From the NCBI GenBank assembly GCA_033856675.1, contig JAWVEN010000032.1, positions 41,081 to 105,080 on the forward strand: 64,000 nt of DNA, written 5' to 3'. The translations under genes were made by a program, and so were the position numbers. The notes beneath the pieces were generated by a model. The model made no database searches and had not been told where the DNA came from. It saw only the letters and a program-made list of their open reading frames with translations. This DNA is from Gaiellales bacterium (lineage in GTDB: Bacteria > Actinomycetota > Thermoleophilia > Gaiellales > JAICJC01). Shown here one piece after another: positions 17,445-26,212 of the stretch (the stretch's first letter is position 1; each line of letters starts with the position of its first letter).

Positions 17445-18545
17445 CTACGGAGGCGTGCCGGGAAGCTCGCCGAGCGTCACGTCGACCGTCCGCGTCTCAC
17501 CGTTGTGGTCGCGCACCGTCACCTTCACGGTGTCGCCCGGGTCGAGCGTCGCCATCACCGCACCCAGCGCGGGCAACGACGGCGTCGGCTGGCCGTCGAC
17601 CTCGGTGATGATCTCTCCCGGCTTGATGCCGGCCTTGTCCGCCGGGCCACCCGGCGTGACGCCTGCAACCAGGACGCCGGGTGCGTTGATCTGTGCCACC
17701 TCGACCCCGAGGTAGGCACGGTGGGTGTTGACCACCTTGCCGTTTTCGATCATCTGCTTGGCGAAGTCCGCCGCGTCGTTGCTGGGGATGGCAAAGCCGA
17801 TGCCCGGAGCCGCGCCCCCGCCACCGGTGGGATTCGTCGCGGCGAGGGTCGGGATGCCGACCACGGCTCCCGTCAGGTCGACCAGCGCACCGCCGCTGTT
17901 GCCGGGGTTGATCGGCGCACTGGTCTGGATCAGGCGCGGAAGCGTCGCACCGGTCGGCTCGGTGATCGTCCGGCCCAGCGCGCTGACGATGCCGTTCGTG
18001 ACGCTGCTCTGAAGGCCGAGCGGGTTGCCGATCGCAAGCACGATCTCGCCGACTTCGACCTTGTCCGAGTCGGCGAATGCCGCCGCCGGCAGCCCGTCGG
18101 GGTTCTGCACCCGGATCACGGCCACGTCGTTTGCGGGGAACGTCGAGACCAGAGTTGCGCCGAACGACTTCCCGTCGGCCGAGGTAACCTCGAACTTGGT
18201 GAAGTTGCCGACGACGTGAGCATTGGTGACGATGTCACCCTTGTCGTCGAACACGACACCGGAGCCGAGCCCACCCTCGGTGCGGATCAGGACCACCGAC
18301 GGGGACACCTTGTCGATGACCTCGATGTACGCCTCCTGCACGCCCTCCGCAGCGTCCGTCGGAGAAACCGGGTCCGCGCTTACAGCGGTCGAGGCCGCCG
18401 AGTCGCTCGAAGCCGACGTATCGCCCCCTGAGCATCCGGTGAGCGCGAGGAGCAGCACAACGGGGAGCGCCGCCGCGGCCCTCCGGATCGCCTGTGGCCG
18501 GCGGCGCTGACGTTCGGCCCAGGTGCACTTGGCATCGACAGTCAC
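17445..18545 (-). CDS. HtrA/DegP-type S1C serine protease with PDZ domain; lipoprotein signal
   Basis: Lipobox LALTGCSGG. Catalytic motifs TNAHVV and GNSGGALV. C-terminal PDZ-like segment. Confidence 0.9.
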   Translation of the reverse strand: MTVDAKCTWAERQRRRPQAIRRAAAALPVVLLLALTGCSGGDTSASSDSAASTAVSADPVSPTDAAEGVQEAYIEVIDKVSPSVVLIRTEGGLGSGVVFDDKGDIVTNAHVVGNFTKFEVTSADGKSFGATLVSTFPANDVAVIRVQNPDGLPAAAFADSDKVEVGEIVLAIGNPLGLQSSVTNGIVSALGRTITEPTGATLPRLIQTSAPINPGNSGGALVDLTGAVVGIPTLAATNPTGGGGAAPGIGFAIPSNDAADFAKQMIENGKVVNTHRAYLGVEVAQINAPGVLVAGVTPGGPADKAGIKPGEIITEVDGQPTPSLPALGAVMATLDPGDTVKVTVRDHNGETRTVDVTLGELPGTPP

Positions 18546-18685
18546 GCCGTGATTCAGGTATGCCGCCGGAGTGCTGCTTCAAGTGGCGCCGGCGCAGCCT
18601 GCTACGGCAGGGCAGTCGTCGATGTTCCAGATGTGGCGTCGGGATCGGGGGCGTAAAGGATCACAGGCACGCCATTCTGCGGCAC

Positions 18686-19519
18686 CTACGGCGTTGTCGA
18701 ACGGCTTCGAGAAGCGCGTTTCAGCGACACTTCGGGTTGCCGCCCGTCCGCGTCCACCGCGGCGTACCCAAGCGCGCTCGAGATCCGGACGGTGTGGTGC
18801 AGCAACTTCTGGCCGAGATCGTGCTCCCGTCCCTCGAGGCGCTGGGTGGGTGCCGACACGCTCACGGTTGCCGCAACCTGGTGAGGGCCGCTCATCACCG
18901 GGCCGGCGACGCACCGCACCCCGGCCTCGTTTTCCTCCGCCTCGACGGCATAGCCACGGCGACGCACCCGGCGAAGCTCGCTTTCGAGCCGGGACAGATC
19001 GGTGATCGTGGTCTCGGTGAACCGCTCCGGGGCAGTGCCGACCAGGTCTCGCCAATCCGGGCGGTGCGCAAGCAGCACCTTGCCGGATGCCGTGGCGTGC
19101 AGCGGCAGCGCACGGCCGACCTCGCGATGCACCTGAACGCCGCGGGCCCCCGCGACCTGATCGACGTAGACGGCCACGCGGCCCTCGAGAACGAGCAGGT
19201 TGGCGGTCTCGCCGATCTCCTTCGTCACCGCCTCGAGGTGGGGCCGGGCGAGGGCGCGCAGATACGCGCTGCGGCGCCGGGCGTCGTCGGCGAACCGTGA
19301 CATGCGGTAAGCCAGTACGTAGCCCTCGCCGTCGACCGAGACGACGTACCCCTCCGCGCACAGGATCTGGAGCGTCTTGCGAATCAGCTTCAGCTCCTCA
19401 CCCGTGGACGCCGCGATCTCGGTGGCATGGCAACCGGGGAACTCCCTCAGCGCTTCGAGGATCAGGAAGGCGCGACGCACCACGGCGGTCGGCAGCGTTG
19501 CCGACGGCGAGGTCCTCAT
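18686..19519 (-). CDS. IclR family transcriptional regulator
   Basis: Winged HTH (AFLILEALREFPG..ATEIAASTGEELKLIRKTLQIL) plus an IclR effector domain. ATGA overlap with the upstream IclR gene. Confidence 0.9.
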   Translation of the reverse strand: MRTSPSATLPTAVVRRAFLILEALREFPGCHATEIAASTGEELKLIRKTLQILCAEGYVVSVDGEGYVLAYRMSRFADDARRRSAYLRALARPHLEAVTKEIGETANLLVLEGRVAVYVDQVAGARGVQVHREVGRALPLHATASGKVLLAHRPDWRDLVGTAPERFTETTITDLSRLESELRRVRRRGYAVEAEENEAGVRCVAGPVMSGPHQVAATVSVSAPTQRLEGREHDLGQKLLHHTVRISSALGYAAVDADGRQPEVSLKRASRSRSTTP

Positions 19520-20451
19520 GACTCGTCTCCGCCCGGTGCCTCGAAGGCGCGGTCAAAATCGCTCTTCAGCGTCCGTGCGCCAGGGTCATCGCTCGGCGAC
19601 AGAACAGAGTGCCCGAGCTGGCGGGAGAGCTCCACTGCGTGCCGGCGAAGCAGGCGGGTGAGGCCCGCCTGCATCTCCAGCAGCCGGGTCGTCGGGGCGC
19701 AGACGCTGATCGCCGCAACGGGCGCAAGAGTGGTGCTGAACACGGGTGCGGCGATGCAGGTGACACCGATCTCGTTCTCCTCCCGCTCCAGCGAGACACC
19801 GCTCTCGCGGATGGCGGCGAACTCCGCCTCGAGCTCCGCCGCGGTGGTCTTGGTGTGCAACGTCAGCCGGTCATAGGGCTCCTCCCGGCCGAGCGCCGCC
19901 CGCCATTCCTTGGCGTACGCGAGGAACGCCTTCCCGGAGGCCACCGAGTGTGCCGAGAAGCCCCGGCCGAGCTCCATGTTCATCCGCACACGGCGGGTGC
20001 CCTCGGCCTGTTCGATGCAGACCGCCCGGCCGCGCTCCAACACCACCAGGTTGACGGTCTCGCCGCAGGCATCGCGGATTGCGTTCAGATGAGGGCGCGC
20101 AACCGCGCGGAGCTCACCCGTTCGCTTCCCGGCGCCCTGCGCGAGCGCAAGGACGGCGTAGCCGAGGCGGTAGCGCCCCGATCGGCGGTCCTGCGTGACG
20201 AACTCCCGGGCGCACAGCGTCCCCAGCAGCCGGTGGACGGTGCTTGGATGCAGGCCGACCTCGTCGGCGAGCTCGCCCAGGCGCGAGTCGCCCAGGCGGC
20301 CGAGGGCCTCGAGCAGATCGAGGGCGCGCAGCAGCGACTGGACGCTGGACGCGTTTCGCTCCGATGCGGTGTTGCCGACCACTTGAACGGCATCCCCTCG
20401 GCGATGGGCGGGCTTGACGCTAATGGGCGCCGTCGCCGTCCGTTGAGACAA
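19516..20451 (-). CDS. IclR family transcriptional regulator (second, tandem copy)
   Basis: VQSLLRALDLLEALGRLGDSRLGELADEVGLHPSTVHRLL plus an effector domain. TTG 20451 overlaps the RidA 3' end; GTG 20382 is a plausible shorter start. Confidence 0.85.
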   Translation of the reverse strand: MSQRTATAPISVKPAHRRGDAVQVVGNTASERNASSVQSLLRALDLLEALGRLGDSRLGELADEVGLHPSTVHRLLGTLCAREFVTQDRRSGRYRLGYAVLALAQGAGKRTGELRAVARPHLNAIRDACGETVNLVVLERGRAVCIEQAEGTRRVRMNMELGRGFSAHSVASGKAFLAYAKEWRAALGREEPYDRLTLHTKTTAAELEAEFAAIRESGVSLEREENEIGVTCIAAPVFSTTLAPVAAISVCAPTTRLLEMQAGLTRLLRRHAVELSRQLGHSVLSPSDDPGARTLKSDFDRAFEAPGGDES

Positions 20452-20869
20452 CCGGTCGGTCGAGCACGGCGATCACCTCCGCCTCGATCAACAGGTTCGG
20501 ATAGATCAACCCGGCGACGCGCACCGCGGTTGCGGCCGGGCCAGGGTGCCTGAGGAACTCCATCCGCACCCGGGTCATCTTCTCCCAGTACGGCGTCAGC
20601 TCCTCATCGGTGCCGTTGAAGACGTAGTAGGTGTTCAGCTTGACGACGTTGTCCCAGTCGGCGCCGGCCTCGTTGAGCACCGTCGTGATGTTCTGGAACA
20701 CGTTGCGCGTCTGCACCTCGATGTCGCCGACCCCGATGGCCCGACCGGTGTCGTCGGCCGAGATCTGGCCTCCGACGAACAGCAGGTTCTCGACCACCCA
20801 CCCCTGGGAGAGCGGTACCGGGATGCTCCAGTCCCAGTGGTTCTTCGGCATGATCCGTGTCTTGTTCAC
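20420..20869 (-). CDS. RidA/YjgF family (enamine/imine deaminase-like) protein
   Basis: ..LLFVGGQISADDTG..IGVGDIEVQTRNVFQNITTVLNEAGADWDNVVKLNTYY......R......PAATAVRV..L.....LIEAEVIAV is the typical RidA fold signature. Confidence 0.9.
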   Translation of the reverse strand: MNKTRIMPKNHWDWSIPVPLSQGWVVENLLFVGGQISADDTGRAIGVGDIEVQTRNVFQNITTVLNEAGADWDNVVKLNTYYVFNGTDEELTPYWEKMTRVRMEFLRHPGPAATAVRVAGLIYPNLLIEAEVIAVLDRPVVSTDGDGAH

Positions 20870-20897
20870 GACACTCCCTCGTGGTGGTTGCCTGGAT

Positions 20898-22592
20898 TCA
20901 CTTCAGCGTCAGATTTGCCGGGCCGCCCTCGGCCACGGTGCCCGCGTACCGGCCGCCGCTCAGCGGCTGGGCGATCACGACGCTCGAGCGAAGCACCGTG
21001 ATCGCGGTGCTGGTCGCGACCATCACGGCGTGTGAGACGACATCGACGGGGTCGACGATACCGGCGTCCACGCCGTCCACCTCGCGGCCGGTGACCGTGT
21101 CGAACGCGAGCCACTCGCGACCCGCGCGCAGGCGGCCGACGACCTCGGGAACGTCCCAGCCGCCATTTCGCGCCAGTACTCGCGCCGGCTCTTCGCACGC
21201 CCGGCGCATGACCTCGAACCCGGCCGCCTCGCCGCCGCCGTGGCCATTCACCTTCGGCGCCTCGAGCGATGCCCCGGCGCGAAGGAGGGCGGCGCCGCCG
21301 CCGGGAACGACGCCCGAAGCCACTGCCCGCTTCACTGCCGCGAGCGCATCGAGACCGCGGCGGAACCGCTCGCGGCGCTCCACGTCGGTCGGCGCGCCGA
21401 TCCGCACCGAGGCGCACCCCGCGCCGGCCAGCCGAGAGCGCCTAGCCTCGAGCAGATCGCGGTCGTGGAGCGAATCCGCATCTCGCGCGTCGGATGCCAG
21501 CGCGGCAACCCGCAAGCGGAGCATCTGCGGGTCCGCGCCGCCGTCGTGAACCGTCGTCGTCGCGCGGCCGACGACGACGCGCCCGGCTGAACCGAGCGCG
21601 CCGGCATGGGCCTTGCCGAACACCACCAGACCCGCCTGGTCCACAACCGTCGCACCGGTGAACACGGCGAGGTCCTCGAGCACCTCCGAGCGGGTCACGC
21701 CGTGACCGGGCGCGACCACCGGGACGCACGTCGCACGCCTGTTCAGGCCGTTGACGGTGATCATCGCGAGGACATCCGCTCCGAAGCCGGTCGCAACGGC
21801 CAGCAGCGGCCGCCCGGTCGCCTGGCAGACCTCGAGCACACGGGAGAACGCGCGCATGTCGGAGACCTCGACGGAGCTGACGAAGACGAGTGCGTCTTGC
21901 AACACGGCCTCGGCGGCGCCGCGGTCGGGGATCAGGTTGGGGTCGAGATAGCCGCCCTTGATCGAGAACGACTCGTCGACGTCGACGGTGACCCCGGCCT
22001 CGTGGCCGCCCTCCTCGAGCAGCACGTTGTCACTCCCCACCCGCTCGACCGCCTCGGCGACCGCCCGGCCGATCTCAACGTCGCCGGCCGCCTGCCGGCC
22101 GACCACCTCGAGCTGCGCCACGGATTCGGCCCGTACCGAGCGCGCCGCCAGGCCGGCACACACCTGCTCGGCGGCGGCCTGCATCCCCCGCGTCACCGAC
22201 ACCGGCTCGTGACCGGCCATCACAACCCGCAGGCCGCCGCGCACCATCGCATCCGACAGCACGATCGCGGTGGTGCTTCCGTCGCCGGTGCCGCGTTTCG
22301 CCATCTTCGCTGCATCGCGGGCGAGGAACACCCCCTGGTTTCGGTACGTGTTCGACGTCAGGATCTCGCGCGCGATGGCATAGCCGTCGTTCCCCAGCAC
22401 CGGCGCGCCGGCCTTGCTGTCCATGGCCGAAACCGAGATCTCCGGCGTCCCGAACCTGCTGTCCATCATGACGACGCGGCCATGCGGGCCGAGCGTGCCC
22501 GAGACGACGCGCGCGACGAGGTTGATGCCGTCGGCGAGGTCACCCCTGGCACGTCCGTCATATCTGATTCCGCGTGCCGGCCGCTGGGGCAT
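20898..22592 (-). CDS. GroEL-like (Cpn60 family) chaperonin homologue, monooxygenase-associated type
   Basis: LGPHGRVVMMD.., KRGTGDGSTTAIVL (compare GDGTTT), ..GVVPGGGAALL.. GGAGGA RBS. ATG lies 2 nt after the upstream stop. Confidence 0.85.
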   Translation of the reverse strand: MPQRPARGIRYDGRARGDLADGINLVARVVSGTLGPHGRVVMMDSRFGTPEISVSAMDSKAGAPVLGNDGYAIAREILTSNTYRNQGVFLARDAAKMAKRGTGDGSTTAIVLSDAMVRGGLRVVMAGHEPVSVTRGMQAAAEQVCAGLAARSVRAESVAQLEVVGRQAAGDVEIGRAVAEAVERVGSDNVLLEEGGHEAGVTVDVDESFSIKGGYLDPNLIPDRGAAEAVLQDALVFVSSVEVSDMRAFSRVLEVCQATGRPLLAVATGFGADVLAMITVNGLNRRATCVPVVAPGHGVTRSEVLEDLAVFTGATVVDQAGLVVFGKAHAGALGSAGRVVVGRATTTVHDGGADPQMLRLRVAALASDARDADSLHDRDLLEARRSRLAGAGCASVRIGAPTDVERRERFRRGLDALAAVKRAVASGVVPGGGAALLRAGASLEAPKVNGHGGGEAAGFEVMRRACEEPARVLARNGGWDVPEVVGRLRAGREWLAFDTVTGREVDGVDAGIVDPVDVVSHAVMVATSTAITVLRSSVVIAQPLSGGRYAGTVAEGGPANLTLK

Positions 22593-22594
22593 GC

Positions 22595-23875
22595 CTATCC
22601 TCCGTTCATCCGGTTGCCGCTGGGCGCGCAGGCCCCATGGAGCGCGTGGTGCTCGAGATCCGAGCGGAACTTCTGCACCGCCGAGTACACGGGTAGGCGG
22701 GGCATCGCGATCAAGCTGCAGATGCCGCCCTGCCCGTTTGCGAAATCGACGACCTCGGGCAGCTTGTCGATCAGCACCGGCGGCGCTCCGCCTTTGATCT
22801 GGCCGACGAGCTTCGCCAGCATGTTGGTCTCCATCCGGCACGGCGGGCACTGGCCGCACTGCTCGCGGGCGAAGAACTCGCAGATCTCGAGCAGGCGCTC
22901 GAGCATGCACTCGTCGTCGCCCATCACCGTGAAGACCGCGCACCCGAGCGCCGAGCCGAGGCTACGGATCGACTCGTGGTCGAGTGGGACGTCGAGCTCT
23001 GCGGCCGTCAGGAATCCCGAGGACGGCCCTCCGGGAAGCACGGCGCGGATCGGCCGCCCGGAGCGAAGCGGTCCCCCGCACGACTCCAGCATCTCGCGCA
23101 CGTTCGTGCCGAGCTCCACCTCGTAGACGCCCGGGCGTTCGAGCTCGTCGCCCAAGGTGCAGAGCACCGTGCCGCTGCTCGACCCGGTACCCAGCTCGCG
23201 GTACCAGTCGGGCCCTTCGCGGAAGATCACTGCAAGCGTCGCCGCCGTCTCGACGTTCAGCACCGCGGTCGGCCGGCGCAGCAGTCCCTCCGTGACGGGG
23301 TACGGCGGGCGCTCGGCGGGCAGCGCGCTCCCACCGCCCAGGAACGCAAGCGCAGCGGTGTCCTCGCCGGAGATGTACGACGCAGGCGCGACGGCCAGGC
23401 GCAGCACGATCTCGCCGTCGGAGCGCTCGCCATCCCCCTCCGCAGCCCATGGGTCGGTGCGGATTCCGCCCGCGGCCGCCGCCGCCTCGACCCGGGCTCC
23501 CGAGGACGGGTAGAGCTCGCTGATGTAGAACACCGCGTCGCGCGCCCCGACCAGCCTCGCAGCGATCAGCGCGCCCTCGACCACCAAGCCTGGGCATTGC
23601 TCCAGCAGCGCCTGGTCCTTGCCGCTGCCTGGCTCGTCCTCCGCCCCGTTCACCACAACGTATTTCTGCTCACCGTCAGCCTCTGAGGCGAGTCGCAGCT
23701 TCGTCCCGGTGGGGAAACCTGCGCCGCCGCGGCCTCGCAACCCGGAGCGTTCGGCCCACTCCAGGCCCTCCTCGACCGGCAGCGCGCCCGCCGCCTCCCA
23801 GCCGGCGTACGACAGCGTGTCGTCACGTCCGAACACCGGGCCGGCGTACATCCGCGGCACTGCCGAAAGGCTCAT
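22595..23875 (-). CDS. NuoF/HoxF-like NAD(P)H-binding FMN and [4Fe-4S] flavoprotein
   Basis: GLRGRGGAGFPTGTK (FMN/NADH site), SLBB-like middle region, and CGQCPPCR...C cluster motif. ATGA overlap with the upstream M20 gene. Confidence 0.85.
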   Translation of the reverse strand: MSLSAVPRMYAGPVFGRDDTLSYAGWEAAGALPVEEGLEWAERSGLRGRGGAGFPTGTKLRLASEADGEQKYVVVNGAEDEPGSGKDQALLEQCPGLVVEGALIAARLVGARDAVFYISELYPSSGARVEAAAAAGGIRTDPWAAEGDGERSDGEIVLRLAVAPASYISGEDTAALAFLGGGSALPAERPPYPVTEGLLRRPTAVLNVETAATLAVIFREGPDWYRELGTGSSSGTVLCTLGDELERPGVYEVELGTNVREMLESCGGPLRSGRPIRAVLPGGPSSGFLTAAELDVPLDHESIRSLGSALGCAVFTVMGDDECMLERLLEICEFFAREQCGQCPPCRMETNMLAKLVGQIKGGAPPVLIDKLPEVVDFANGQGGICSLIAMPRLPVYSAVQKFRSDLEHHALHGACAPSGNRMNGG

Positions 23876-25032
23876 CGCGCCTTCTCGTCGAGCAGGATCT
23901 GCGTGTAGCAGCGGACGGCACGGTAGATGTCCTGCACCTCGACGTGCTCGTCCTCGGTGTGCGCCAGGCGTTCGTCGCCAGGGCCGAGGAACACGGTCAC
24001 CACCCCCAGCCGTCCGAGCACCGACGCATCGGTGACGTACGGCATCGCGCGGGTGACCGGGGGGCGGCCAAGGGCGCGCTCGACCGATCCGGCCACACGA
24101 CCGACGAAGCTGTCGCCGCGGGCGACGGCGACGCCGGGCGCGTCGCGGGTCACCGCCACGGCGCCCCCGCGGCAGCGCCGCTCGATCTGCGCGACGAGTT
24201 CCGCGTGATGCATGCCCGAGACCGTGCGGATGTCGAGGTCGACGGAGCACTCGGCCGGAACGACGTTTCGCGCCACGCCCCCACGCAGGATGTTCAGCGA
24301 GACCGTTGGGCGGCCCAGCACGGGATCGTCCGCGCCTTGCGTGAGGCTTCGCTCGAGATCAGCGAACGGCATCAGCCACTCGAGCGTCTCGAGGATCGCG
24401 TTTTGGCCCTGCTCGGGCTGAGAGCTGTGGGCCGGCACGCCGGTGTTGGTGACCGACAGCCACAGCGCGCCCTTGTGGCCGATGCCGAGGTCGAGCCTGG
24501 TCGGCTCGCCGATCACCATCTCGGTCAGGCCATCGAGGGCGCCCATGTCAAGCAGCGCACTTGCACCGGCGGAGTCGACCTCCTCGGCGGTTGTCACGAT
24601 CAGCGCCACGCCGTCGAGCACGGCCGCGTCCGCCTCGGCGACGTCGCGCAAGGCGACCGCCATCGCCGCGAGCGCGCCTTTCATGTCACACGACCCGCGG
24701 CCGTGCAGGCGCCCGTGCTCAACGGCGCCGGAGAGCGGCGGGCGCGTCCACGCCGCAGCATCGGCAGGGACGGTGTCGACATGGCCGCAGAGGGCAAGCC
24801 GGGCCGGCCCCGTGCCCCATCGGGCAACCAGTCCCGCCGCGACACCATCGTTGCGCAGCAGCTCGAAGGACGCACCGGCGGCTCCGGCGAACCGGCCCAG
24901 CAACTCCAGCCCTTCGACGTTGCCCGCGTCGACCTGGCACGTGTCGATGCGGATCAGCGCCTGCGCCAGCGCAAGAGCATCCATCCCGCTCTCGTGCATC
25001 GGCGGAGGCAGTTCGTCGAGCAGCGAGCTCAT
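23872..25032 (-). CDS. M20 family metallohydrolase (ArgE/DapE-type deacylase)
   Basis: LCGHVDTVP, GRGSCDMKG, ..TTAEEVDS.., HTEDEHV are typical M20 metal- and catalytic-residue contexts. Confidence 0.9.
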   Translation of the reverse strand: MSSLLDELPPPMHESGMDALALAQALIRIDTCQVDAGNVEGLELLGRFAGAAGASFELLRNDGVAAGLVARWGTGPARLALCGHVDTVPADAAAWTRPPLSGAVEHGRLHGRGSCDMKGALAAMAVALRDVAEADAAVLDGVALIVTTAEEVDSAGASALLDMGALDGLTEMVIGEPTRLDLGIGHKGALWLSVTNTGVPAHSSQPEQGQNAILETLEWLMPFADLERSLTQGADDPVLGRPTVSLNILRGGVARNVVPAECSVDLDIRTVSGMHHAELVAQIERRCRGGAVAVTRDAPGVAVARGDSFVGRVAGSVERALGRPPVTRAMPYVTDASVLGRLGVVTVFLGPGDERLAHTEDEHVEVQDIYRAVRCYTQILLDEKAR

Positions 25033-25045
25033 GGCCGGAACGTCG

Positions 25046-25798
25046 TCAGTCCTCGAGCCAGGCCACGGCGCGAATCGGAGAACCGGTGCCGTCCTTGAAG
25101 TTGATCGGCAGGCCCATGTACATGAACCGCTTGCCGAGCAGCAGATCGAGGTTCGTCAGCACCTCGGTGTTCACGATCCCGTACTCGCCGCACACCATGT
25201 GCCCGGAGAACTCGAGGTCGTCGCTGTGGTCGATGGCGAGCTGGTCGATGCCGATATTGACGACGCCGCGCTCGGCCAGCCAGATGGCGCCCTCGCGGCT
25301 GAGCCCCGTGTAGGTGTCGATGAACTCCTTCGTGCCGAACGTGCGGTCGGCATGGCCTGTGTAGAGCAGCACGATGTCGCCCGGGCGGATCTCCTGGCCG
25401 CTCTTTGCGAGCGCATCCTCGAGCACCTCGGGCGTCAGCCAGTCGGGGTGCCGAACGTGCGTCACGTCGAGGCAGATCGCCGACCCGTAATAGAACGCGA
25501 GCGGCGTCTCGTCGATCGACGGGCCGCCGGGGACGTACTCGATCACTGCGTCCGTGTGCGTCCCGGTGTGCTCGCTCATCAGCCAGTTGTGAGCCTCGAA
25601 GCCGACGCTCGTGCCCCAGCGCTTCTTGAACCCCTCGTGATCCTGGTTGACGAACATGAACGGCAGCTGGTGGCCAGGCCAAAGCGGCATGCCCTGCTCG
25701 ATGTTGCGGGACAGGTCGATCAGCTTCAGGCCCCGTTCGAGCAGCTGGTCGCCGCCCTTCGGCGTCGCCCGCCGTCCGGTATCGGTTGCGATGCTCAT
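25046..25798 (-). CDS. cyclase-family (kynurenine formamidase/isatin hydrolase-like) metal hydrolase, variant motif
   Basis: SEHTGTHTDAVIEY matches the HxGTHxD core of the putative-cyclase family but lacks the following PxH. Start at the internal ATG of ORF 25046..25855. Confidence 0.85.
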   Translation of the reverse strand: MSIATDTGRRATPKGGDQLLERGLKLIDLSRNIEQGMPLWPGHQLPFMFVNQDHEGFKKRWGTSVGFEAHNWLMSEHTGTHTDAVIEYVPGGPSIDETPLAFYYGSAICLDVTHVRHPDWLTPEVLEDALAKSGQEIRPGDIVLLYTGHADRTFGTKEFIDTYTGLSREGAIWLAERGVVNIGIDQLAIDHSDDLEFSGHMVCGEYGIVNTEVLTNLDLLLGKRFMYMGLPINFKDGTGSPIRAVAWLED

Positions 25799-25835
25799 GT
25801 CCGCTCCTTCGTCTCGAGATTTGGGCACCGGCGGG

Positions 25836-26186
25836 TCAGAACGACCCCCAGCCACCGGCGTCGAGGATGTTCAGGATGAATCCGGCCGTCGTCTTGTCGG
25901 CAGTTTCCAGGCGCTCCAGGCGCGGCCCGCGGCCGGTCAGGTGCTCCACAAGCTCCGGGACATCCTCCTCCCGGACACCGCAGTACCAGGCACGGTCGGG
26001 GTACACGATCATGTTGGGGCCGATGTCGCAGCCGCCGAAGCACGTGTACTCCTCGAGCTCGACGTCGCCGCCGTCCGGATCGTCGTCGAGCAACCGCTGG
26101 ATCTCGTCGGCAAGCTCCAGCGATCCGCGTGACCGGCAGTCGATGTTGTCGCAGATGAAGAGCTTCTTCGGCTGATCGTCGTCCAT
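25836..26186 (-). CDS. thioredoxin-like [2Fe-2S] ferredoxin (NuoE-type fold)
   Basis: Cys pattern FICDNIDCRSRG ... YTCFGGCDIGPN (C-x4-C ... C-x3-C) followed by PNMIVYPD..WY. Confidence 0.8.
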   Translation of the reverse strand: MDDDQPKKLFICDNIDCRSRGSLELADEIQRLLDDDPDGGDVELEEYTCFGGCDIGPNMIVYPDRAWYCGVREEDVPELVEHLTGRGPRLERLETADKTTAGFILNILDAGGWGSF

Positions 26187-26212
26187 CGTGTGTCACATCC
26201 GCAGACGATGGG

